A DNA stretch of 61,560 bases, counting the filler. It is 3 parts of 3 records of this genome, joined end to end, with 100 filler letters (N's around TTAATTAATTAA, not from the genome) between each part and the next. Parts side by side here need not be neighbours in the genome. Positions count along the whole stretch, not along the records: positions 18,458 to 34,417 come from SRR31156797_3172; positions 34,518 to 61,560 come from SRR31156797_3175; 1 more part is not named here. One strand, written 5' to 3'. Below the pieces are notes generated by a model, which saw only the letters and a program-made list of their open reading frames with translations, ran no database searches and was not told the DNA's origin. Positions 31,135 through 38,411 of this stretch are shown piece after piece. The first letter of the stretch is position 1. Every line of letters begins with the position of its first letter. The translations under genes were made by a program, and so were the position numbers.

Positions 31135-31277
31135 TTTCCACCTCCCCTAAAGAGATTCATCCAACTTTGACGCTCAACCTCCGCCTGACGTTCACCTCGA
31201 CGATAGCCGACTATGTAGCCAGCCAAGGCACCGCCAATGGTACAAATCAGACCCATTACCACCCATGCACTTTCCAT
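31131..31277 (-). CDS. 48-aa single-TM protein (not in ORF track)
   Basis: MESAWVVMGLICTIGGALAGYIVGYRRGERQAEVERQSWMNLFRGGGK; fills the operon gap with an ATGA overlap at 31131-31134. Confidence 0.7.
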   Translation of the reverse strand: MESAWVVMGLICTIGGALAGYIVGYRRGERQAEVERQSWMNLFRGGGK

Positions 31278-31280
31278 GTC

Positions 31281-31955
31281 TCACCCCCTTTTTCGAAAGA
31301 ACTCCAAGACCGTGTTACTTTGACACCAGTCTTCCCATGCTGAATTACGATGCTTAGGTTTATGACTGGTTCGATTATTCCGAAAATTACCAGTTTGAAT
31401 AACCCGCAACCCCTGCCCCCGATAATCTGCATTCCTAAAGCGGGGTCGTTCACGCTCGTGGTAGGTAATTTTCTGGGCTTTCTCGGTTCGGCTGGTCACG
31501 TCATAAATGACATCCATTTTACGCTCAATGTTATCCATACGTCGGTTCATGTTGTCGTTGACCTCCTTTTTCAAACCCTTCATTTCGGTTGCAAAGTTGA
31601 CATAAAAGTGATCAAGATTGTCTTCCATGCTGGTAACTGCCTTTTGCACCTGGTTAACTCCTGTCTCAACCTGGTTAATCCGTTCGGCGTTGTGACTAAC
31701 CGCCTCTGTGTTCGCCATAACTGCCAGTTCAATACTCTCTTGCCATTCCGAAAGCTTGTTCGGAACTGTCGCCCACAAAAGACCGCCCACAACCACCAAA
31801 CTCCCCAAAACTCCGACAAATGCTCCCATATTCACCCCCTTGAAATTTTTTGCGAATTCAAACACCCATACACAAAGACCCAAAATGCCAGCCAGACAAG
31901 CCAAAGCGAAACAACCAAAAATAGTAAACTCCAGAATCGCTAGAAGTGCTCCCAT
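31281..31955 (-). CDS. Membrane protein, 2 TM plus long coiled coil
   Basis: Two N-terminal hydrophobic helices, heptad-rich middle, AAGGAG RBS. Confidence 0.75.
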   Translation of the reverse strand: MGALLAILEFTIFGCFALACLAGILGLCVWVFEFAKNFKGVNMGAFVGVLGSLVVVGGLLWATVPNKLSEWQESIELAVMANTEAVSHNAERINQVETGVNQVQKAVTSMEDNLDHFYVNFATEMKGLKKEVNDNMNRRMDNIERKMDVIYDVTSRTEKAQKITYHERERPRFRNADYRGQGLRVIQTGNFRNNRTSHKPKHRNSAWEDWCQSNTVLEFFRKRG

Positions 31956-32479
31956 TTATCTTCTCCTTCAGACAAGGGCATGAAGCCATAAGCCTTGATG
32001 TCATATCCGAACAATTCCGAAAGATATTTTTTGGAATTGTGCCAGTTAGCCCATACGTTTCTTTTAGTTTCGATTGAGTTTTCAGTTTCGTTAAGAGCAA
32101 GCTCCATGACGATACAACCGCCCTTGTCACCATCCACAAGAAGGATAATCGCATCTGGAATAAGGTTGATTTCTTGGATGAGCTTTTCTCGTATGATAAT
32201 TGAATCAGGATACCTCTTGAGGATTTGGATAAGGATGTTAGTTAAAGCCTTGGCGTGGTCTCCGAACTCCGATTTGCATCCCGGCATCCGGTAGAACCCC
32301 TTCCCCTTTTCCAACTTCCCCAGGGCTACCAGATTGTTTAAGATTTTGTCTGAATTGTTAGTGCTGGACGGTGGCGGACCATAATCACCCTCTGACTCAA
32401 GATAATCAGCCACATTGTGCTTGCTGGCGATTATGACCTCCTTCATTAACCGATAAACCTTTGCCTCTTTCTCTTTCAT
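31940..32479 (-). CDS. wHTH + PD-(D/E)xK-like protein resembling the Replic_Relax family
   Basis: ILNNLVALGKLEK..FYR helix-wing, a His, then IPDA..E motif; AGGAGG RBS. Confidence 0.5.
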   Translation of the reverse strand: MKEKEAKVYRLMKEVIIASKHNVADYLESEGDYGPPPSSTNNSDKILNNLVALGKLEKGKGFYRMPGCKSEFGDHAKALTNILIQILKRYPDSIIIREKLIQEINLIPDAIILLVDGDKGGCIVMELALNETENSIETKRNVWANWHNSKKYLSELFGYDIKAYGFMPLSEGEDKWEHF

Positions 32480-32631
32480 GACCCCCTCCTTTCGTATATT
32501 TATTTTTATAATACCGTGCTGTTTTGCACTGTCAAGTTCTTTTTTACATTTTTTTGTGAATATCTTTTACTTTTCGCAGTCCATGTAAATATTTTCTTGA
32601 CAAATTGTTTTAAAAATCATACACCTATGAC

Positions 32632-33063
32632 ATGAAAGAAATTTTAGAAATTTATGAACGGTACAAGAAATTTTTTGAGGAAATCGAAAAATTGGCGGGG
32701 ATAGATTTGTCCATAGAACCGACAATTAAGCTAATGGATATGAAGCCAAAGCGGATTCAACACTGCTACCGGGATATGAAAAAATTAAAATTTAAAGGGG
32801 ATATTTGGGATTTTCTCTGCTGGGTATCGGCTCAATACCTAATTGTGGAATGGAGCAAAAAGGCAGAGTTGATTGAACCGCTAGAGGCATTCAAAATGGT
32901 ATGTGAACAATCACCTCAAGACACTCGTAATTTGATACGTCTTTTCTTACGAAAGCCAATGTTGATTTTTAATGACCCATTATTTTGTGGTTCAACCAAA
33001 GAAATTTACGATACTATCAATTCAATCAGATATGACTTGTTATTTCAATCAGTTAAGTCGTGA
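32632..33063 (+). CDS. Divergent hypothetical protein, possible regulator
   Basis: 143-aa ORF; TTGACA-17-TACACC just upstream suggests a leaderless transcript. Confidence 0.6.
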   Translation: MKEILEIYERYKKFFEEIEKLAGIDLSIEPTIKLMDMKPKRIQHCYRDMKKLKFKGDIWDFLCWVSAQYLIVEWSKKAELIEPLEAFKMVCEQSPQDTRNLIRLFLRKPMLIFNDPLFCGSTKEIYDTINSIRYDLLFQSVKS

Positions 33064-33139
33064 TTAACCTCCCTTATTAACAACCATAACTTAACCAATC
33101 ATAAAGAATCCTTTAGAAAGCTTCCTGCAAGGATCATAG

Positions 33140-33289
33140 GCGACCCGCAGGGTCGCACCCTCACGACCAACCAAACATCAAAATCAACTCAAAGCCCACG
33201 GCAAAAGCACACGACCTACCATGAACTCACACACGACCAAAAACAAAAGCCGAAAACATCATCAAACAAATCCGAGTACACGACCAACC
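33140..33289 (+). repeat. REP-like palindrome plus four CACGACC(A/T)A direct repeats
   Basis: GCGACCC-GCA-GGGTCGC at 33140-33156; CACGACC at 33162, 33210, 33232 and 33279. Confidence 0.55.
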
Positions 33290-33293
33290 GACA

Positions 33294-34019
33294 TTACTCT
33301 AAATCAGGTTCAATCTTGACCATCCAAAAATAGCCTTTAGGTACACCCTTCCTCAAAGCCAAATAGTTCTTGAAAAAACACGGAAAAAAAATAACAAGCG
33401 TAGCAATCAAAAACTCAATAAGCCTATGCAAAAGCGGATAATAGACAATAGAACCAGCACGCGGAGAATTCATTTGTACAAACACTATACTCCGTCCAGA
33501 AATCCATTGAAAATGAAACAGAACAACAACTACGGCAAGCCAAATGCCTAAAATATATAAATTGATAATTCTATATTTCTCAAAAGAAGGAATGATTTGT
33601 AAAAGCAGGAATACAGCAACAACAATCCAAAGAAAGAGCAATGTCAACTCACCATAAGGCGAAAAAATCAGAATAGACCATCCCTGCTCACGAAATATAT
33701 CAGCAATCCGAAGCGGAAAACTCAGACAACATGACAAGCCATTTCCGCATGATTCATCAAACTGAGGCAATGGATTGATACAACTATCCTTACACTGACA
33801 AGCACCTCCCATCCGTTCGCATTCGTTCATTCTGGAGGTATCTATACAAAACCCTTCATCACATCGTAAACACCATTCTGTAGGGATTGTGACAAGACCG
33901 CTCACATGACTGTATTTTACCTCGAATTCTTCTTGAGTAACACATTCATAGCCCAGATCTTCACACTCACTCGCCCACGCCGGTCCAGCAAACAGAATCA
34001 GAATCAATAGCCATTGCAT
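33294..34019 (-). CDS. Signal peptide + Cys-rich (defensin-like) ectodomain + multi-TM membrane protein
   Basis: MQWLLILILFAGPAWA signal; C-x6-C-x5-C-x10-C-x5-CC unit; three hydrophobic C-terminal helices. Confidence 0.75.
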   Translation of the reverse strand: MQWLLILILFAGPAWASECEDLGYECVTQEEFEVKYSHVSGLVTIPTEWCLRCDEGFCIDTSRMNECERMGGACQCKDSCINPLPQFDESCGNGLSCCLSFPLRIADIFREQGWSILIFSPYGELTLLFLWIVVAVFLLLQIIPSFEKYRIINLYILGIWLAVVVVLFHFQWISGRSIVFVQMNSPRAGSIVYYPLLHRLIEFLIATLVIFFPCFFKNYLALRKGVPKGYFWMVKIEPDLE

Positions 34020-34030
34020 AAGATGAATCC

Positions 34031-34318
34031 TTATTTTGTAGTGTCGCAACAGATATCCTGTTTTCCTGCATCACAAGAAAAAGATTTTATATTGCCACTG
34101 CAATCAGCATCCTTATGAATACACACGAATCCTTCTTTTTCACATTCGTTTTGGTCACAACATTTATCTCCTTCTCCGCTTGTCCTACAAGAATCATCAT
34201 ATTGTTTTTGAGGTTTTTCACAAGAGGTTCCCGTAGAAATACATTTGAAACCTGCGTCTGTACAATCACTCGCATAAGCGGGTCCAGAGAACAAAACTAG
34301 AATAAGTAGCCATATCAT
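34031..34318 (-). CDS. Secreted protein of two tandem six-Cys beta-defensin-like repeats
   Basis: MIWLLILVLFSGPAYA signal; 12 Cys in two C-x6-C-x6-C-x8/10-C-x7/8-CC units; GAGGAGG RBS. Confidence 0.8.
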   Translation of the reverse strand: MIWLLILVLFSGPAYASDCTDAGFKCISTGTSCEKPQKQYDDSCRTSGEGDKCCDQNECEKEGFVCIHKDADCSGNIKSFSCDAGKQDICCDTTK

Positions 34319-34417
34319 AAGAATTTCCTCCTCGAAAAGAATTTCCCCCTTGCCGGGTTTCTTAACAAATGGCTAGAATCTTGTCAAAAGGTCAGTACTG
34401 ACGCACGAATAAAAAAC

Positions 34418-34517
34418 NNNNNNNNNNNNNNNNNNNNNNNNNNNNNNNNNNNNNNNNNNNNTTAATTAATTAANNNNNNNNNNNNNNNNNNNNNNNNNNN
34501 NNNNNNNNNNNNNNNNN
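34418..34517. other. Artificial contig-joining spacer
   Basis: N44-TTAATTAATTAA-N44, identical to the first spacer. Confidence 0.97.
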
Positions 34518-34577
34518 AAGAGAACAACGTTTACGGTAAAGAGTAAATTTCAAACTCTTCGGAAAAACCGAATAATT

Positions 34578-34605
34578 AAGAGCTGCATTTTGCGGCTCTT
34601 TTTTT
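34578..34605 (+). terminator. Intrinsic terminator near the att junction
   Basis: AAGAGCTGCA-TTT-TGCGGCTCTT followed by a T-run. Confidence 0.75.
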
Positions 34606-34619
34606 GCCCGAAAAACACA

Positions 34620-34641
34620 AAGTGGCGATGAAGTGGCGATG
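34620..34641 (+). repeat. Perfect 11-bp tandem repeat, probable integrase arm sites
   Basis: AAGTGGCGATG twice, 26 nt from the int stop; TGGCG core resembles HP1-type arm sites. Confidence 0.65.
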
Positions 34642-34667
34642 GAAAAATTTTTTTTTGAATGTTTTTG

Positions 34668-35699
34668 CTAAAGATCAGCCAGTGGATTTTTTGTTACTGC
34701 TTCAGAAAGATGGTCTGGAGCGAAGTGCGCATAGCGCATTGTCATGCTGATATCGGCATGGCCAAGAATGTCTCTGAGTACCAAAATGTTGCCGCCGTTC
34801 ATCATAAAATGGCTTGCAAAGGTATGGCGAAGAATGTGAGACGCCTGTCCTGCGGGAATATGTATACCTAGTTTATTCTTCAGGATGTAGCAGAATGGCG
34901 TATAGCACTGCTCAAATAGGTTACCGCTGGTTGGTTTATAGATTTCGTTGTATAAGCTTTCAGAAATGGGTACAGAGCGATTTTTCTTTGTCTTAGTATT
35001 GGTGAAAGTCACTTTGTAAGGCGAAAGTTGTGGACCTCGCATTTGTGCAGCTTCATTCCATCTTGCGCCGGTAGAAAGACATACCTTCACTATTTTGAGC
35101 ATATCTTTGATTTCGTGTTGGCTAACTAAACTGAGCAATAAAGGTATTTTTTCTTTTGGCAGAAATGACATTTCCCGTTCGTGTTCTTTAAATGGCTTTA
35201 AATCTTCCAAAGGGTGAGGAAGGGACCATTCACCCAACTCTTTCAATTTACTGAATACTGCTTTAAATCGCGCAAGTTCTGAGTTCAGTGTCGAAATACT
35301 AGGTGCTCCTTTTTGCCAGCGGGCATCAACAAAAGGCAACGAGCCATCCATTCGCTTGGCTCTAAAGTCTGCATAGGTTTTAGAATTGAACTGATTCGCA
35401 AGAGGGTCGTTCATTGCGTTAACCATATGCTGAAATTTTTGGTAAACCACTGGCCCATTCGCCAAAGTTTTGCCATAAAGCTCAAACCATACAGTGATGA
35501 CATCAGTTAACCTACGATTGTCTGGCTTTTCTCCCATCCAAGGCTTTTCTTGTACTTCCTGCATGGCAAACTTTTCAAATGCCGAAGCTTCACCTTTGGT
35601 CGTAAATCGTTTACGAACTCGTTTACCGAAGGCTCCGTTTGGGTAGCATTCACATAGCCAAGGTTTCTTTGAACCATCTTTTAAGTTACGGATAGACAT
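34668..35699 (-). CDS. int: Phage tyrosine integrase (HP1/186/K139 type)
   Basis: STGARWNE, KTKKNRSVP, HILRHTFASH, ILGH and TMRYAH motifs. Confidence 0.96.
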   Translation of the reverse strand: MSIRNLKDGSKKPWLCECYPNGAFGKRVRKRFTTKGEASAFEKFAMQEVQEKPWMGEKPDNRRLTDVITVWFELYGKTLANGPVVYQKFQHMVNAMNDPLANQFNSKTYADFRAKRMDGSLPFVDARWQKGAPSISTLNSELARFKAVFSKLKELGEWSLPHPLEDLKPFKEHEREMSFLPKEKIPLLLSLVSQHEIKDMLKIVKVCLSTGARWNEAAQMRGPQLSPYKVTFTNTKTKKNRSVPISESLYNEIYKPTSGNLFEQCYTPFCYILKNKLGIHIPAGQASHILRHTFASHFMMNGGNILVLRDILGHADISMTMRYAHFAPDHLSEAVTKNPLADL

Positions 35700-35714
35700 A
35701 ATAAAAACCATTAT

Positions 35715-35734
35715 TACTGTATAAATAAACAGTA
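35715..35734 (-). promoter_or_regulatory. LexA (SOS) box over the integrase promoter
   Basis: TACTGTATAAATAAACAGTA (CTGT-N8-ACAG); minus-strand TTGTTT-17-TACTGT promoter whose -10 lies inside the box. Confidence 0.85.
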
Positions 35735-35820
35735 ATGTGTTTTAAAACGTAAAACAATGTTTGATATTGTTTGTGAGGCACAGATAATAGAATCAGTCGG
35801 TTAATTGTAGAGTTGGGATC

Positions 35821-36210
35821 ATGACACCTATAAAAGTCACTTGCGGAATCATTATGAACAACGAAGGTAAGGTTTTCGTTTGTCGTCGTAAGCCTGAGAA
35901 ATCAATGGGTGGTTATTGGGAGTTTCCTGGCGGTAAAGTCGAACCTGGTGAATCATACGAAGAATGCTTGAAGCGAGAGCTACTTGAAGAATTGGACATG
36001 GAAGTTCACGTGAAAGAACACTTCAAAACCGTTCAACATGATTATGTCACTTTTGAAATAGAGTTGATTGCTTTCATTTGTGACTTTCTCAGAGGCAGTT
36101 TCGAAATGGCAGATCACGATAGATATGAATGGTTAGATCCTTTAAAGATTGTAGGAAAGGAGTTAGCTCCGGCAGATGTACCAATAGGTGAATGCTTAAC
36201 AGCTCTATAG
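35821..36210 (+). CDS. MutT/NudG-like Nudix (d)NTP pyrophosphohydrolase
   Basis: Nudix box WEFPGGKVEPGESYEECLKRELLEEL; LAPAD. Confidence 0.92.
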   Translation: MTPIKVTCGIIMNNEGKVFVCRRKPEKSMGGYWEFPGGKVEPGESYEECLKRELLEELDMEVHVKEHFKTVQHDYVTFEIELIAFICDFLRGSFEMADHDRYEWLDPLKIVGKELAPADVPIGECLTAL

Positions 36211-36279
36211 GGCCAATCAAAAGTTTGTGATGCGAGATTCACTAAATTTAAAATATCTAACTAAACGTGATGGAATAGT

Positions 36280-36897
36280 ATGAGAATAGCTAATTTATTA
36301 AAGTCTAATCAAAAAAAAATAGAAATATCCATTAGCCTAGTTGCTTTGGTTGTGTCTATTGGAAGTCTTATCAGCTCCCACAAGATTGCTAATGAAGCAT
36401 TACAAATATCTAAGCGAGTTGAGATTAGAAATCAGTCTCTTGTACTTAAACCTAAATTTGATTACAAGCATGAGAGCATCCGAGTAGTTCCTCAAAATAG
36501 TGATATACATTTACAGGAAGCTAAAATTTACTACCCAGATTTTTTTGATGGTTCACCTAGTGCTATTTTTCCTAAAGAGTTCGATGTTTCAATTTCTTAT
36601 TTCCAACAGCGTTTGTTCGAATATATGGAGCAATACAGGAAACCTAATTCACTAGAAGTATATGAAGGATGCGTGCCCGTTGTAATAGACGCAGATTATG
36701 AATATTTTGGTGAGGTTCTACATACCAAAGCTATGTATGAGTTGGTTTATCAACTTACTTTAGATGCTAAAGAGCCCCAAATAAAGGATACGATTTACTA
36801 CAGAGATTTAAGGTTTGTGTCGTTTGATATTGAGATTATTGAAGCTATGTCTGATTGGGAATCTAAAGTGATTGAATGTAAAAAAGGATTTTTTTAA
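36280..36897 (+). CDS. Hypothetical protein with an N-terminal TM helix
   Basis: AT-rich ORF; ISISLVALVVSIGSLI TM. Confidence 0.75.
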   Translation: MRIANLLKSNQKKIEISISLVALVVSIGSLISSHKIANEALQISKRVEIRNQSLVLKPKFDYKHESIRVVPQNSDIHLQEAKIYYPDFFDGSPSAIFPKEFDVSISYFQQRLFEYMEQYRKPNSLEVYEGCVPVVIDADYEYFGEVLHTKAMYELVYQLTLDAKEPQIKDTIYYRDLRFVSFDIEIIEAMSDWESKVIECKKGFF

Positions 36898-37418
36898 TGG
36901 TTAAAGGATTAAATAAGTATTGGAAAATGTTTAATCAAGTGATGCGGGTTAGAGTTAGCAAATTATTTGCTCTGATTACATCCGGTGTTCTTTTTCTTTC
37001 TTCGTTACTAGTCGTGATAGAACACTTTGAAGATAAACCATCACATGATCTTACAGGCCAGTGGAGTATGAATCTTAAAATAGAGAAAACTGCTTATAAC
37101 CCTTATCTAGATATGAGAATCGGCTATCAACTTTATTTAAATCAAGTAGGAGATAGTATTTCAGGTTCCGGCGAAAAAATTCTTGAGAATGACGAAGCAT
37201 TACCCATGTCTCAAAGAGTGAAAATTGACCTTAAAGGTCGCTTACTTAATGAAAGCTTGGATCTACTTTTTACTTTGCATGGTCAGAAAAGGAATACAAT
37301 TGGAGAGTTTCGACTCATTGCGATTAATGATGATGAATTGGAAGGAACATTTTCAACGACAGGTGCTAATGCTAGTGGGTCGGTAAAGTTGTATCGCACA
37401 AAACTAACGCAGCATTAA
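36897..37418 (+). CDS. TM helix + beta-barrel-like domain protein
   Basis: TM helix, DLTGQW, alternating beta-strands, LEGTF..ASGSVKL; TAATG overlap with the upstream gene. Confidence 0.7.
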   Translation: MVKGLNKYWKMFNQVMRVRVSKLFALITSGVLFLSSLLVVIEHFEDKPSHDLTGQWSMNLKIEKTAYNPYLDMRIGYQLYLNQVGDSISGSGEKILENDEALPMSQRVKIDLKGRLLNESLDLLFTLHGQKRNTIGEFRLIAINDDELEGTFSTTGANASGSVKLYRTKLTQH

Positions 37419-37427
37419 ATGGAAAAA

Positions 37428-37583
37428 TTATATAGAGTAGGCTTTACCCAAACCTCGATCTAAGAAGTAACCCGAACCCGTAATAGCTGTTGATGAAACC
37501 AGAGCAGCCCAAATAATAAATTTACTAATAGAGATGTTTTTCGTTCGTTGCTTTATAGATGTTTTAAAGTTCTCATTACCCAT
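37428..37583 (-). CDS. 51-aa small membrane protein
   Basis: AAGGAGG RBS before ATG 37583; FIIWAALVSSTAITG hydrophobic stretch. Confidence 0.5.
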   Translation of the reverse strand: MGNENFKTSIKQRTKNISISKFIIWAALVSSTAITGSGYFLDRGLGKAYSI

Positions 37584-37819
37584 ACGCGCCTCCTTGGTAT
37601 TAATTGATGTAACTTGATTAATAGTACAAATCGGGTTGCATGTTTTTGTCTCTTCACGACTCATCTGTACAGTTTTTATGTACAGGGACTCAAACATAAC
37701 TGTTTGAGCCTTGGGATTTGAGTAAAGCCCACTATTTGAAAATCATACGGTATTTAAAGATTTTTAGTCAATAGGTTTGATAAAAATAAGAATTTCAATT
37801 GCAATCGAGAGTCACACAA

Positions 37820-37839
37820 AAGGGACCCAAAGGTCCCTT
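37820..37839 (-). terminator. Terminator closing the cI-ATPase-partner transcript
   Basis: Minus strand AAGGGACC-TTTG-GGTCCCTTTT just after the 37844 stop. Confidence 0.7.
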
Positions 37840-37843
37840 ACGT

Positions 37844-38410
37844 CTAAAAAGCCAACGTTTCAGTTGTTAGTACTTTGATTCCTTTAATAGTGCCTTGCAA
37901 TTTTTGCTTAAAACGGTCTAGCACCTGAACGTCTGTTCCGTTTCTGCATACAATCATATATGAGTAATCAGGATGGTTTTCGATACCATTGGCACGGCAT
38001 AGACGCTCGGAGATTGCAATGGAACCACACCATTTTTGCATTAATTCAGCTTTAAGGCTGTAGTAGCATTTGTTCTCTATAGGTTTGCTAACACTTTTTG
38101 GAAGTTTCTTCAGATTCGGCTTTTCAATTTTTAGTACCTCTAAAGCTTTGGCTTCTTCTACCTTAATAGCTTCAACACAGTCTTTAAGTTGATCTCTCAA
38201 ATCGCTAGCTTCAATGATTGTAAATTTGTGTTCGTCTATATGAAGGTAGTCAGCTTTACTTAAAGCGTTGTTGGTAAAGCCGAGAGCTACGCCAATTCCG
38301 TCAGCTTCATCCAGCTTGATGGCTGAAACCTTAGAGACCTCAGCATCTTGCTCACCTCTTCCGGTTTGATGCTCAATTAGAGCTTCATATTCCTTTAGCT
38401 CAATTGGCAT
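37844..38410 (-). CDS. Hypothetical protein, possible PD-(D/E)xK-like nuclease partner of the ATPase
   Basis: KADYLHI..FTIIEASDL resembles a D..E-x-(K/S) nuclease core; starts 1 nt after the ATPase stop. Confidence 0.55.
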   Translation of the reverse strand: MPIELKEYEALIEHQTGRGEQDAEVSKVSAIKLDEADGIGVALGFTNNALSKADYLHIDEHKFTIIEASDLRDQLKDCVEAIKVEEAKALEVLKIEKPNLKKLPKSVSKPIENKCYYSLKAELMQKWCGSIAISERLCRANGIENHPDYSYMIVCRNGTDVQVLDRFKQKLQGTIKGIKVLTTETLAF

Positions 38411-38411
38411 A

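Larger units (their letters stand above)
27744..34417. mobile_element. tRNA-Arg-integrated element (far end outside contig)
   Basis: Integrase and xis beside the tRNA 3' end, arm-type repeats, shift to AT-richer novel genes. Confidence 0.85.

Noticed and set aside
31350-31943. Plus-strand 197-aa ORF and other opposite-strand ORFs over the element and phage genes
   Set aside because: Antisense to RBS-bearing, overlap-coupled operon genes; no independent coding signals
33162-33289. CRISPR array
   Set aside because: Repeats are only about 9 nt with irregular spacing and no cas genes; no CRISPR array seen anywhere in the window
37665-37685. Third LexA box (CTGTACA-N7-TGTACAG)
   Set aside because: Spacing does not fit CTGT-N8-ACAG and the best alignment breaks the conserved CAG; may be another operator but unsupported
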